From contig JAPKBG010000003.1 of assembly GCA_028823485.1 (NCBI GenBank), positions 52,898 to 116,897 on the forward strand: a stretch of 64,000 bases of DNA, in the 5' to 3' direction. Position numbers and translations under genes: made by a program. Positions 10,214 to 19,817 of this stretch are shown in pieces. The notes under the pieces are model-generated. The model did no database searches and had not been told where the DNA came from. It worked only from the letters and a program-made list of their open reading frames with translations. The stretch is from Methylophilaceae bacterium (GTDB lineage: Bacteria; Pseudomonadota; Gammaproteobacteria; Burkholderiales; Methylophilaceae). The stretch's first letter is position 1; the number at the start of each line of letters is the position of its first letter.

Positions 10214-10878
10214 ATCATAGTTACCCAGATCGAGATAAAGCAGCCATTTACAAAGTGATTGCTGAGCGTCGCGATATGCGCCACTTTTTGCCTAATCCCA
10301 TTTCACCTGAATTACTGACCAAGCTACTGCATGCGGCGCATCATGCCCCGAGTGTTGGCCTGATGCAGCCTTGGCGCTTTATTCGTATCAGCAGTACTGA
10401 TATACGCAAAGCCATTCACCAGCAAGTGAATGAAGAGCGCGCTAAAACCGCAGAGGCCATCGGTGAATATGAAACCACTGCGCGTATGGCTGAGTTTATG
10501 CGCTTGAAGGTCGAAGGTGTTTTAGATTGTGGTGAATTACTGGTTGCAACTTTGTGTGACGATAGGGAGAAGCATATTTTCGGCCGCCGCACATTGCCAG
10601 AAATGGACTTAGCTTCTGTTAGCTGTGCGATTCAAAATATTTGGTTAGCCGCGAGAGCTGAGGGGATAGGTATGGGTTGGGTTAGCTTATTTGACCCAGA
10701 GAAACTCGCTATCTTATTAAAGATACCTAAAGGGGCAAAACCTATTGCCATTTTATGCTTAGGTTATGTAAATAATTTTTATAAAGAACCGATGTTAGTA
10801 GAAGAAGGCTGGTCGGAAGAAAAACCATTAGCTGAGATGTTGATGGAAAATCAGTGGGAAAGCGACGTCACAAAATGA
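10210..10878 (+). CDS. bluB: 5,6-dimethylbenzimidazole synthase
   Basis: Nitroreductase fold with close similarity to S. meliloti BluB (RRD.R.F.P.P...LL.AAH.APSVG.MQPW.F; QN.WLAARAEG.G.GWVS). Confidence 0.85.
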   Translation: MNHSYPDRDKAAIYKVIAERRDMRHFLPNPISPELLTKLLHAAHHAPSVGLMQPWRFIRISSTDIRKAIHQQVNEERAKTAEAIGEYETTARMAEFMRLKVEGVLDCGELLVATLCDDREKHIFGRRTLPEMDLASVSCAIQNIWLAARAEGIGMGWVSLFDPEKLAILLKIPKGAKPIAILCLGYVNNFYKEPMLVEEGWSEEKPLAEMLMENQWESDVTK

Positions 10879-11669
10879 AGTTGCTGCCAGAACGGATTGT
10901 TTGCCTCACCACTGAAACGGTAGAAGTGCTGTATATGCTAGGCGAGCAAGACCGCATTGTTGGCATTTCTGGTTACACGATACGGCCCGAAATTGCCCGT
11001 AGAGAAAAGCCTAAGGTCTCTGCTTTCACCACGGCTAACATTGATAAAATATTAGCGTTAAAGCCTGATTTGATTTTTGGTTTCTCAAACTTGCAAGCAG
11101 ACATTGCTGCCGAGCTCATTAAAGCAGGCATTGAAGTGCATGTGTTTAACCAGCGTTCTATCGATGATATTTTGCGTATGATAATCACGACTGGGCGATT
11201 AGTTGGGGCCTCGGAAAAAGCTAAAAGCATTGTAGAAAACTTAACCTTACAAATAACTGAAGCACGCCAAGTTGGCAACAGCTTACCGCACAAACCTAGT
11301 GTCTATTTTGAAGAGTGGAACGACCCAATGATGTGCAGTATCCGCTGGGCAGCTGAGTTGATTGATATTGCTGGTGGTGAAGATTGCTTTCCTGAACTAA
11401 GCCAATTTCACAGTGCACGTGAACGCGTAGTGACTCCCGCTCAAGTGTTAGAACGTATGCCGGACATTATTATTGGCTCATGGTGTGGTAAGAAGTTCCA
11501 GCCTAGAGACGTTATGCTCCGTGAAGGCTGGGGTGCAATACCAGCCGTAAAAAATAAGATGGTATTTGAAATCAAATCAGCAGACATTCTACAACCTGGC
11601 CCTTCTGTATTTACCTATGGGCTAAAGCAGCTAGAAACCATTTTTAAACAGTGGGAAAAGATACAATAA
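10875..11669 (+). CDS. BtuF/TroA-like cobalamin-binding protein lacking a signal peptide
   Basis: PERIVCLTTETVEVLYMLG..DRIVG...KP.VSAF...NIDKILALKPDLIF is the class III periplasmic-binding-protein fold. The ATGA overlap with the bluB stop sets the start at 10875. No hydrophobic leader. Confidence 0.7.
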   Translation: MKLLPERIVCLTTETVEVLYMLGEQDRIVGISGYTIRPEIARREKPKVSAFTTANIDKILALKPDLIFGFSNLQADIAAELIKAGIEVHVFNQRSIDDILRMIITTGRLVGASEKAKSIVENLTLQITEARQVGNSLPHKPSVYFEEWNDPMMCSIRWAAELIDIAGGEDCFPELSQFHSARERVVTPAQVLERMPDIIIGSWCGKKFQPRDVMLREGWGAIPAVKNKMVFEIKSADILQPGPSVFTYGLKQLETIFKQWEKIQ

Positions 11670-11670
11670 T

Positions 11671-12198
11671 ATGGCAACACACTTAATATTAGGTGGTGCG
11701 CGCTCAGGTAAAAGCGCTTACGCTGAGCAGCTTGCTTCAAGCTGTGAGTTGGCAGTCACTTACATTGCAACTGCCCAAGTCTATGACGATGAGTTTGCGA
11801 AACGTATTGCCCATCACAAAGCACGTCGCCCTAGCAATTGGAATATTATTGAAGCGCCATTCCACCTTGCTGAAACATTAACAACGCATGCTAAAGAAAA
11901 CACCTGTGTGATTGTCGACTGCCTGACATTATGGCTAGCACAATGTGTTTGTCCTGATTGTGAATCTCCTGAGTCTGTCAGTTGGGATAAAGAACGTGCT
12001 GCATTATTAACAGTATTACCAAAGCTAAAAGGCACGATTTTATTGGTCAGTAATGAAGTTGGTATGGGCATTGTGCCATTAGGCGAAATTAATCGCGAAT
12101 TCCAAGATGCGCAAGGCCGTTTAAACCAAGCTATCGCTCAGCTTGTCGATGAAGTCAGCTTTATTGCAGCGGGTTTACCGCTTAAACTAAAAGGATAA
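11671..12198 (+). CDS. cobU: bifunctional adenosylcobinamide kinase / adenosylcobinamide-phosphate guanylyltransferase
   Basis: LILGGARSGKSAYAE P-loop, ...YIATA...DDEF..RI..H...RP..W...E; 175 aa. Confidence 0.9.
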   Translation: MATHLILGGARSGKSAYAEQLASSCELAVTYIATAQVYDDEFAKRIAHHKARRPSNWNIIEAPFHLAETLTTHAKENTCVIVDCLTLWLAQCVCPDCESPESVSWDKERAALLTVLPKLKGTILLVSNEVGMGIVPLGEINREFQDAQGRLNQAIAQLVDEVSFIAAGLPLKLKG

Positions 12199-12201
12199 AA
12201 G

Positions 12202-12417
12202 ATGAACGAATTTACACTAAAAAACGAATACATATCCTTATGTGATTTATTAAAAACAGAAGGTATTGCTGACAGTGGCGGCCAAGGAAAAATGTTTGTT
12301 GCGGATGGTATTGTCACGGTAGATGGTGAAATCGAATTACGCAAAACAGCTAAAATTCGCGCAGGCCAAGTGGTAGAGTGTTTAGGCCAAACCATTAAAG
12401 TATTAGCTGCCAAATAA
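12202..12417 (+). CDS. ybcJ: S4-domain RNA-binding protein YbcJ-like
   Basis: 71 aa. ...LCDLLK.EG...SGGQ.K.....G.V.VDGE.E.RK..KI.AGQ.V matches E. coli YbcJ. Confidence 0.75.
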   Translation: MNEFTLKNEYISLCDLLKTEGIADSGGQGKMFVADGIVTVDGEIELRKTAKIRAGQVVECLGQTIKVLAAK

Positions 12418-12419
12418 AT

Positions 12420-13886
12420 CTAAGCAGGTAAATAAGGCGCTAATTTTTTCCAGTTTAAGTGTGCCTCTATGCTATCAGCTAAGCGATTAATTTCTTGCTC
12501 ACGCACTTGTTCATAATCAAAGTGCTCAACTTCTTCTAGCCCAGCCCATTTGAGCCAAGCCGCGCAAGATTCTGGATGATCAAACAAGCCATGTACATAA
12601 GTACCCGCAACCTGACCATCCGCTGACATCGCACCATCTTGGCGTAAGCTTTCACCGTCCACTATCATGAGCGCAGGCTGTAATAATGCTGGCCCGACAC
12701 TGATGCCCATATGAATTTCGTAGCCCGTCACCACGGCATCAGTAAAGCCCAGCCTCCCTGTGATTTGCTTCAATTGTTTCGTTTTTTCTAACGTTGTTTC
12801 CATCATCAGCCAGCCGAAGCCATCTTGTGAACCGCTGCCTCCTTCTATGCCATGCGGATCATGAATAGCATTACCCAACATTTGAAAACCACCGCAAATA
12901 CCAATTACCTTTCCGCCATATCTCAACTGGTTAGTAAGTGCTCGCCCCCAGCCATAGTCTTTTAGATACTGCATATCTCCTCTAACATTTTTACTACCCG
13001 GGATAATCAACAAATCTGCTTTAGGGATGTAATCGCCCATTTTGACAAAAAGAAAATCAACGTTAGGATGCAAACGTAAAGCGTCAAAATCAGTATGATT
13101 TGAAATATGCGGCAATACTGGCACAATAATTTTCAATCGATTTTCACTTATTTTTTCTTGTGCTTGGTCTTTAGAAATACCATCTTCAGCTTCAAGATGG
13201 AAGTTATGTAAATATGGCAGCACACCGAGTACTGGCTTGCCAGTTTCCTCTTCCAACCAATCGAGCCCCGATTGCAGTAATGACATCTCGCCACGAAAAC
13301 GATTAATCACAAAACCAACGACACGATTACGCTCACTCTCCGACAGCAGTGCGAGCGTGCCTACGATATGCGCAAACACGCCACCTCGATCAATATCAGC
13401 AATCAAAATCACAGGACAATCAGCCGCCTCAGCAAAACCCATATTGGCAATATCCCCTTCTCGTAGATTAATCTCAGCAGGGCTACCTGCACCCTCTACA
13501 ATCACGGCTTGATACTGCGCAGTTAAACGTCGCCATGACGCCATCACCGCCTCCATCGCCGTTTTCTTATAACTATGATAAGCAGCGGCCTCTTGATTAC
13601 CCACCACGTGCCCATGAATAATGACTTGGCAACCAGTATCTGAATTTGGCTTTAGCAGCACTGGGTTCATATCGGTATGTGGCGCAATGCAGCAAGCTTG
13701 CGCTTGCACAGCTTGCGCGCGACCAATCTCACCACCATCAGACGTCACCGCAGAATTCAATGCCATATTTTGCGGTTTAAACGGTGCAACCTTCAGCCCT
13801 CTGCGGTACAATACTCTACATATTCCCGCTACGAGCGTACTCTTTCCTGCATCCGAAGTGGTGCCTTGAACCATTAATGTTTTCAT
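12420..13886 (-). CDS. cobQ: cobyric acid synthase
   Basis: [24 protein letters not shown]..., C-terminal GATase domain ([16 protein letters not shown]). Confidence 0.95.
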   Translation of the reverse strand: MKTLMVQGTTSDAGKSTLVAGICRVLYRRGLKVAPFKPQNMALNSAVTSDGGEIGRAQAVQAQACCIAPHTDMNPVLLKPNSDTGCQVIIHGHVVGNQEAAAYHSYKKTAMEAVMASWRRLTAQYQAVIVEGAGSPAEINLREGDIANMGFAEAADCPVILIADIDRGGVFAHIVGTLALLSESERNRVVGFVINRFRGEMSLLQSGLDWLEEETGKPVLGVLPYLHNFHLEAEDGISKDQAQEKISENRLKIIVPVLPHISNHTDFDALRLHPNVDFLFVKMGDYIPKADLLIIPGSKNVRGDMQYLKDYGWGRALTNQLRYGGKVIGICGGFQMLGNAIHDPHGIEGGSGSQDGFGWLMMETTLEKTKQLKQITGRLGFTDAVVTGYEIHMGISVGPALLQPALMIVDGESLRQDGAMSADGQVAGTYVHGLFDHPESCAAWLKWAGLEEVEHFDYEQVREQEINRLADSIEAHLNWKKLAPYLPA

Positions 13887-14821
13887 ACTCAGATTATCTC
13901 ACACTGCCCCTATCTGCATGCCTTGCTGTCGCATTAGATTTTGTCTTAGGCGAGCCAAAACGTTTCCACCCATTAGTTGGTTTTGGTTGGTTAGCGAGCG
14001 CTATCGAACGGCAGCTAAACTCGACAAACCGCCAGGCATTATCACATCAACGTATTGTCGGGTTTATAGCGCTCAACTTGTTAATTGTGCCATTTATTTA
14101 TTTAGCAAAGTCACTAAGCCAAATACCAACATTTGGACTAATCATAGACACCTTATTATTGTATTTTGCACTAGGCCATAAAAGCCTACATGACCACGCG
14201 CGTGCTGTTAGCAACGCACTTAATAAACAAGATTTATTTGGTGCAAAAACGGCAGCCTCCTACATAGTGAGTCGTGATGCAGCAGCAATAGACCCTATCC
14301 CCGCCACCATAGAATCCGTATTAGAAAATGGTAACGATAGTGTTTTTGGTACGCTTTTTTGGTTTTTTATCGCAGGTGGCACGGGTGCATTGGCATTTAG
14401 GTTAATTAACACCATGGATGCCATGTGGGGCTATAAAACACATCGCCACTATTATTTTGGCTGGGCTGCCGCTAGACTAGATGATGTCGCTGGTTACATC
14501 CCTGCTAGACTCACAGCCTTAACCTACGCCTTGCTAGGTCATACACGTATTGCATTGCGTTGCTGGCGACAACAAGCCCCGTTATGGAAAAGCCCAAATG
14601 CGGGCCCTGTAATGGCAAGTGGTGCAGGGGCATTACGGATTAGTCTTGGCGGCAGTGCTTGCTATCAAGGTCAATGGCATGAACGACCTGCTTTAGGTGA
14701 AGGTGAGCCGCCAATGATAGCGCATATCGAACAAGCATTAACGTTAGTCCGACATGGTGTTTTTAGCTGGCTGTTGCTTATCTTACTTATTTCGGTTGCC
14801 ATAGGGTGGCATTATGCTTGA
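13877..14821 (+). CDS. cbiB: adenosylcobinamide-phosphate synthase
   Basis: ...[19 protein letters not shown]..., multi-TM CobD/CbiB pattern. The first ATG downstream of the ORF extension is at 13877. An alternative CTG at 13904 is possible. Confidence 0.85.
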   Translation: MFSYSDYLTLPLSACLAVALDFVLGEPKRFHPLVGFGWLASAIERQLNSTNRQALSHQRIVGFIALNLLIVPFIYLAKSLSQIPTFGLIIDTLLLYFALGHKSLHDHARAVSNALNKQDLFGAKTAASYIVSRDAAAIDPIPATIESVLENGNDSVFGTLFWFFIAGGTGALAFRLINTMDAMWGYKTHRHYYFGWAAARLDDVAGYIPARLTALTYALLGHTRIALRCWRQQAPLWKSPNAGPVMASGAGALRISLGGSACYQGQWHERPALGEGEPPMIAHIEQALTLVRHGVFSWLLLILLISVAIGWHYA

Positions 14822-15812
14822 GCACGGCGGCAACCTTAGGCACGCAGCACAACAATATGGTATCCCGTTAGAGTCGTGGCTAGACTTATCCACTGGCATT
14901 AATCCAAATCACTACCCAATTCCAGACATTCTAAGCAGGGTTTGGCAAAGACTACCTGAGGGTGAGGATGGGCTAATTGAAGCAGCTTGTGCTTATTACG
15001 ATTGCCAGTCTTTATTGCCAACTTCTGGTTCGCAAGCCGCCATACAAGTGCTGCCTAGACTAAGGCCTGTATGCCATATTGCAATGCCAAGGCAGATGTA
15101 TCAAGAACATGCCCATGCATGGCGAAGCCACGGGCATACCTTAACTTTATTTGATGAAACGCCTAATGCAGAGATACTTGCAAAAGTAGATGTGATGCTG
15201 ATTTGCAACCCAAACAACCCCACAGGAAAGCGGTTTAGCAAAAAACAATTATTAACATGGCACAAGTTACTAGCCAGCCATCATGGTTGGCTAATTGTCG
15301 ATGAAGCCTTTATGGACACAACGCCGAATGATAGCATTGCTCACCACACCGATTTAGCTGGTTTATTAGTATTGCGCTCTTTAGGTAAGTTTTTTGGATT
15401 AGCTGGCACGCGGGTGGGGTTTTTGTTGGCGCAACAACACATATTAACCAAAGCGCAAGAGGCCTTGGGACCATGGTCACTAACTGGACCAAGTCGCTTG
15501 ATAGCAACGCAGGCGCTGAACGATCACACTTGGCAGGTGAATGCTCGCAAAACGCTATCAACTAATAGCCTTAAATTAAAAAAACTGCTCAGGCAATATC
15601 GTCTTACACCGTGTGGTGGAACACATTTATTTCAATTTGTGCTCTCAGAACAAGCTAGCACTATCCATCAGTCATTAGCAAAACAGGGTATCTGGGTACG
15701 GTTATTTAAAGAGACTGCCGCATTACGATTTGGCTTACCCTTTAATAATGATTGGGACAAACTGGAGCAAGCGCTTAAAAAATTAGTCAATGATTCACAA
15801 AGTTTACTTTAG
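14814..15812 (+). CDS. cobD: threonine-phosphate decarboxylase (class I/II aminotransferase fold)
   Basis: [18 protein letters not shown]...WLDLSTGINP matches the S. enterica CobD N-terminus. PLP lysine region SLGKFFGLAG.R.G. 8-bp overlap with cbiB. Confidence 0.8.
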   Translation: MLEHGGNLRHAAQQYGIPLESWLDLSTGINPNHYPIPDILSRVWQRLPEGEDGLIEAACAYYDCQSLLPTSGSQAAIQVLPRLRPVCHIAMPRQMYQEHAHAWRSHGHTLTLFDETPNAEILAKVDVMLICNPNNPTGKRFSKKQLLTWHKLLASHHGWLIVDEAFMDTTPNDSIAHHTDLAGLLVLRSLGKFFGLAGTRVGFLLAQQHILTKAQEALGPWSLTGPSRLIATQALNDHTWQVNARKTLSTNSLKLKKLLRQYRLTPCGGTHLFQFVLSEQASTIHQSLAKQGIWVRLFKETAALRFGLPFNNDWDKLEQALKKLVNDSQSLL

Positions 15813-16350
15813 GAATGACATTACTAAAATCAAGCTGCGTCACACTGCCGTAATCCACGTTAAATCGAAACAAACCTTTTAATTCCATTGAAAGCACATG
15901 AGCTAACAAAGCACGTACCATACCGCCATGTGTGACAATGACAATATGCTTACCATGATATTGGGTTAACATTTCCTCAATAAAACTGATGCCACGTAAT
16001 TGAAGCTCTCTAAATGTCTCACCATTAGGTGGTGACATATGTGCATAATTTTGCCCCCATTCATCAAGGTATGCTCGCGGCATATCATCCCAAGCCTGCA
16101 TTTCCCAATCACCAAAATGCAACTCTTTTAGGCGGCCATCATAGGTAATATTGTCTAATGCCAATGCATTGGCTAACTTAACACAGCGCTGCAGTGGGCT
16201 ACTAAAAGCCGCATCTATATTATCTGGTAATTTCTTCCTGGTACGACTGGCCTCTTGTACGAAGCTAGCCGCCACATCAACATCGGTCTGGCCATAACAA
16301 ACACCTGGAGCAATGGCTAAACTAGTATGCCTAACTAATGTTAGCTTCAA
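15787..16350 (-). CDS. cobC: alpha-ribazole phosphatase (histidine phosphatase family)
   Basis: LTLVRHT...G...G..D catalytic RHG-type motif and ...VTHGG. Lies in the cobT-cobS-cobC operon. Confidence 0.8.
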   Translation of the reverse strand: MKLTLVRHTSLAIAPGVCYGQTDVDVAASFVQEASRTRKKLPDNIDAAFSSPLQRCVKLANALALDNITYDGRLKELHFGDWEMQAWDDMPRAYLDEWGQNYAHMSPPNGETFRELQLRGISFIEEMLTQYHGKHIVIVTHGGMVRALLAHVLSMELKGLFRFNVDYGSVTQLDFSNVIPKVNFVNH

Positions 16351-17153
16351 CAGTTAACGCTCCATAAAAGCAATCCAAAATAAAAGGCCAGTTCGGTCAA
16401 TTGTTGCATCGCACCTAAAGTGTCTCCCGTATAGCCATCTAGCCAGCGCTTAATTTTATAGCGCCACCAAAAACCAATGGTAAGAATAGGAATGAGCGTC
16501 ATCAGCACAAAATGAATAACTAATATTGCTGGATAATGACTAACAATGAGTACTAGGATAATACTAAGGTATGGCAATAAGCCGACAACATTGGCAAAGC
16601 TAAGCCCTAACAAACTAACCTGCGTCGCTAATGGTTTGGCTTTACCTTCAGGCTTAGCATAGTTTAATGTCGCCATCACCCACACTGCAGATAAGCGACT
16701 GATTGCATGGCCTGCAATCAGCACATACGGAATGAAAGTGTTATCCAGCGAATTCAATAGTTGAAACTTAGTGAACAAACTGAAAAATAATGCTGCCGCA
16801 CCATAAGTGCCTAGATGAGAATCTTGCATAATCTTGAGTATTTTTCCTCTATTCCACCCACCTCCTAAACCATCTACGCTATCTGCCAAACCATCTTCAT
16901 GAAATGCGCCGGTCAAATAAACCGTACTCGCCATACTAATTAACAGTGCGATAGTTTGCGGCAAAAAACCAACACTCACAACAAAACTGAGCGCACCAAC
17001 CAACCCGACAATAATACCAACTAATGGGAAGTATTTTGCTGAATAACTCAGATCTGACTCTTGAAAGTTTACGAAGTTAGGTACAGGAATACGCGTAAAG
17101 AAACCAAGCGCTAGCAGGAAATGCTGCCACTCTAGCTTAATACTAAGTATCAC
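16347..17153 (-). CDS. cobS: adenosylcobinamide-GDP ribazoletransferase (cobalamin 5'-phosphate synthase)
   Basis: ...ALGFFTRIPVP..., polytopic membrane protein, FHEDGLADS.DG motif. Confidence 0.9.
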   Translation of the reverse strand: MILSIKLEWQHFLLALGFFTRIPVPNFVNFQESDLSYSAKYFPLVGIIVGLVGALSFVVSVGFLPQTIALLISMASTVYLTGAFHEDGLADSVDGLGGGWNRGKILKIMQDSHLGTYGAAALFFSLFTKFQLLNSLDNTFIPYVLIAGHAISRLSAVWVMATLNYAKPEGKAKPLATQVSLLGLSFANVVGLLPYLSIILVLIVSHYPAILVIHFVLMTLIPILTIGFWWRYKIKRWLDGYTGDTLGAMQQLTELAFYFGLLLWSVNC

Positions 17154-18201
17154 TCTTACTCACTCCAGCCTGCTCATAACTTGCCATTTCATTTAAAAAA
17201 TTAACAGCAGATTGTACTAATGGATAGGCCAACACAGCGCCAGTGCCTTCCCCTAAACGTAAGCCCAAACTTAACAGTGGTTTTACTTTCAAATAATCCA
17301 GCATTTGTTGATGTCCAGATTCATCCGAGCAATGCGAGAAAATACAATATTGCAGAATGTTTGGCTGCATTTTAGCCGCAACCAATAATGCTGATGTTGC
17401 AATAAACCCATCAATGAGCAGCACTGCTTTTTGTTGTGCCGCAGCTAACATTGCCCCAGCCATCATAGCAATCTCAAAGCCACCAAATGTTGCCAATACT
17501 TGTATTGGGTCTATATTGCTTAATTGATGTTTATCGATTGCTTTATTCAATACTTTTGTTTTTTCAACGAGTCCGGCATTATTCAATCCCGTACCACGTC
17601 CTACACACTTTGATATTGGCAAGTCACACAGCAAACTCATGATACAACTTGCTGATGAAGTGTTACCAATCCCCATCTCTCCAAATGCAAGAATATTTGT
17701 CCCCGCATTTATTTCTTCATTCACAAAACTTTCTCCAAGAGTGAGTGCTTGCTCACACTGAATCACCGTCATAGCAGGTTGGTGTAAGAAGTTTTGAGTG
17801 CCGAATGCAATTTTCGCGTGCCCTAAATTCGCTACCTGCTTGAAATCAAAATTCACCCCACTGTCTACCACGCGCAAACCGATGCCATGCTGTCTAGCAA
17901 ATACATTAATAGCCGCACCGCCTGATAAAAAGTTCACCACCATTTGTGCAGTCACTGCCTGGGGATAAGAACTAACTCCATCCTCCACAATACCGTGATC
18001 CCCAGCAAACACTAGTACAACAGGTCGACTTAATATAGGTGTTAATGTCTTTTGGATTTGACCTATTTGTAGGGCAATTGCTTCTAAATTACCTAAAGAC
18101 CCTAATGGTTTAGTTTTACTATTAATGGCTTGCTGTAATGCCAGCTTAATTTCATTACTGATTGGTGTGATTGCAGTATTCTGTATATTAGTTGTTGTCA
18201 T
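17143..18201 (-). CDS. cobT: nicotinate-nucleotide--dimethylbenzimidazole phosphoribosyltransferase
   Basis: ...KTKP.GSLG.LE..A.Q...IQ...P......VVFAGDHG..., GEMGIGNT and LGEGTGA motifs. Confidence 0.95.
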   Translation of the reverse strand: MTTTNIQNTAITPISNEIKLALQQAINSKTKPLGSLGNLEAIALQIGQIQKTLTPILSRPVVLVFAGDHGIVEDGVSSYPQAVTAQMVVNFLSGGAAINVFARQHGIGLRVVDSGVNFDFKQVANLGHAKIAFGTQNFLHQPAMTVIQCEQALTLGESFVNEEINAGTNILAFGEMGIGNTSSASCIMSLLCDLPISKCVGRGTGLNNAGLVEKTKVLNKAIDKHQLSNIDPIQVLATFGGFEIAMMAGAMLAAAQQKAVLLIDGFIATSALLVAAKMQPNILQYCIFSHCSDESGHQQMLDYLKVKPLLSLGLRLGEGTGAVLAYPLVQSAVNFLNEMASYEQAGVSKSDT

Positions 18202-18241
18202 ACGGCTTTACTATAGTAGATAAAATCTATTGGGTAAATAT

Positions 18242-18271
18242 AAAAAACCCGCTAAAAATTAACCTAGCGGG
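18242..18271 (-). terminator. rho-independent terminator (minus strand) between the lipoprotein gene and cobT
   Basis: On the minus strand: cccgcta stem, 9-nt loop, tagcggg, then TTTTTT. Confidence 0.6.
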
Positions 18272-18294
18272 TTATCATACTTTTCACAACCAGT

Positions 18295-18567
18295 TTACGG
18301 CTGAGGAAGCGCTTCTTCTTTGGCAGCTTCCATTGCATCGATAGCTGTTTCTTCAACAGCCTCATTAGCCGCATCTGCAACAGCACCTGATACTTCATCC
18401 GCTGCATCAGCAGCCTCCTTACTCGCTGCCTCAACTGCTTCAACTACAGGTTCCGCAACTTCTGACATACTTTCTTCAGTCACTGCTTCCTCTGTTTTTT
18501 GTGTACATGCAACCGTTAATGTTGTTGCCATCAACCCTATTAATAGGGCAGGTAAAAGTGTATTCAC
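18295..18567 (-). CDS. small acidic Ala/Glu-rich lipoprotein
   Basis: GTG start with AGGA 6 nt upstream. Signal peptide plus lipobox (LTVAC). Low-complexity E/A/D-rich mature part. The antisense ORF 18320..18631 is a mirror artefact. Confidence 0.55.
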   Translation of the reverse strand: MNTLLPALLIGLMATTLTVACTQKTEEAVTEESMSEVAEPVVEAVEAASKEAADAADEVSGAVADAANEAVEETAIDAMEAAKEEALPQP

Positions 18568-18613
18568 TCTATATCCTAAAATTAAATTTTTTTTACTAAA
18601 CTACTGGTTAAAA

Positions 18614-19100
18614 CTAAGCAGGGATGCGTAGTATTTGACCAGGATAGATTTTATCAGGATGACTTAACATTAGTTGATTTGCTTCAAAAATTTTCATGTA
18701 ACTATTGGCATTACCATAAAATCTTTAGCAATTTTAGACAAGGTATCACCACTCACTACTTTATGGAGCTGTGCATCAGCCTCAGCATTAGTCACAACCA
18801 TATTATCTTCAACGTCTTGCACGCCTTTAACATTGCCGTAGCGCAATAAGATTTTTTCTTTTGTTTCTGCAATACCAGCAACCACGACAGTGCCTGTTTA
18901 CCGTCAAAGCCAATATCTAAATTTTCTGCTTCTAAACCCATCTTAGTAACATAACCTTTAATCGCATCGCCTGCAGCTTGATTCGCTGCCGCTGTTTTTC
19001 TGGTTTATCTGCTGATGCTTGCGCCGCTTCTGCAGCTGAAGGCATCACCGATTCCTAATAATTTCTCACAAGCATCTTTAACAAATGAAAATAAACCCAT
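18614..19100 (-). pseudogene. BON/LysM protein (Kbp/YgaU-like), disrupted by several frameshifts
   Basis: The minus strand begins MGLFSFVKDACEKLLG. Later pieces sit in other frames: ...AAGDAIKGYVTKMGLEAENLDIGFDGK, VVAGIAETKEKILLRYGNVKGVQDVEDN...[50 protein letters not shown]. Order and content match E. coli YgaU. Confidence 0.75.
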
Positions 19101-19300
19101 TTTCTTCTCTTTTGTACATTGTGTATATTGCCAACGTTAAACTACATGACATTAAATCATCTAGTTAAATCGACTCTACAATATCATGCTAAATCAATTA
19201 TTTTCACTACTTTTCAAACATTAAATATCATTGAGTGTTCCCAGCGCAATAATATTTGCTATAATTCGCAACTTGCAATTAATTCTATTTAGTTGCTAAT

Positions 19301-19376
19301 GGCCCGATAGCTCAGTTGGTAGAGCAGCGGATTGAAAATCCGCGTGTCACTGGTTCAATTCCAGTTCGGGCCACCA
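19301..19376 (+). tRNA. tRNA-Phe (GAA)
   Basis: 76-nt cloverleaf: GCCCGAUAGCUCAGUUGGUAGAGC, anticodon loop UUGAAAA, T arm GGUUCAAUUCC, encoded CCA. Confidence 0.95.
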
Positions 19377-19658
19377 ATAATAATAAAGCTGACAGCGAGG
19401 TTGGCCTTTTTATTTTGTCTTATTCAATCGCTCTAGACTGCGCACAGACTACAAAGTCTTATTGTTTTATATCTTCTATAGCAATAAATTCTATTTAATT
19501 TTTGTATAGGGAGGTATCAAGAACCCCTCTATTTAATTATTGCTGCAACAGTCCACTGATAAAAAAGTAAATATTCAAAACACTTATTAGTTGGGTTTTC
19601 GTAATTATATTTATATAGTAGTTAAAATCATAATTAATTAATCGACAAAAGAAAATTC

Positions 19659-19781
19659 ATGCATAGACTCACCTCTATTTTCTTAATATTGCTTTCTCTT
19701 AGTGGGTGTGTCGCATCAGCGGTAATTAAATCTGTTGAAGATAAAGATGTTCAAAATCTTGCTAACAAGGGAAAATGCTAA
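19659..19781 (+). CDS. possible 40-aa lipoprotein ORF (below the ORF-track cutoff)
   Basis: MHRLTSIFLILLSLSGCVAS..., i.e. signal peptide plus lipobox. No homology evidence. Confidence 0.3.
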   Translation: MHRLTSIFLILLSLSGCVASAVIKSVEDKDVQNLANKGKC

Positions 19782-19817
19782 TCTAATCTAATTTTCTAAA
19801 ATTATAGTTAAGTTAAT

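Noticed and set aside
13784-13876. Upstream extension of the cbiB ORF (31 codons), lying antisense within the 5' part of the cobQ coding region.
   Set aside because: It has no CbiB homology. Homology begins near LDFVLGEP. It is antisense to the conserved P-loop region of CobQ.
18320-18631. 103-aa plus-strand Ala/Ser-rich ORF.
   Set aside because: It is the mirror image of the acidic lipoprotein gene, which has an RBS, a signal peptide and a lipobox on the minus strand.
19316-19498. 60-aa ORF covering tRNA-Phe. A similar ORF, 24093..24278, covers the partial tRNA copy.
   Set aside because: These are translations of tRNA and terminator sequence, not coding.
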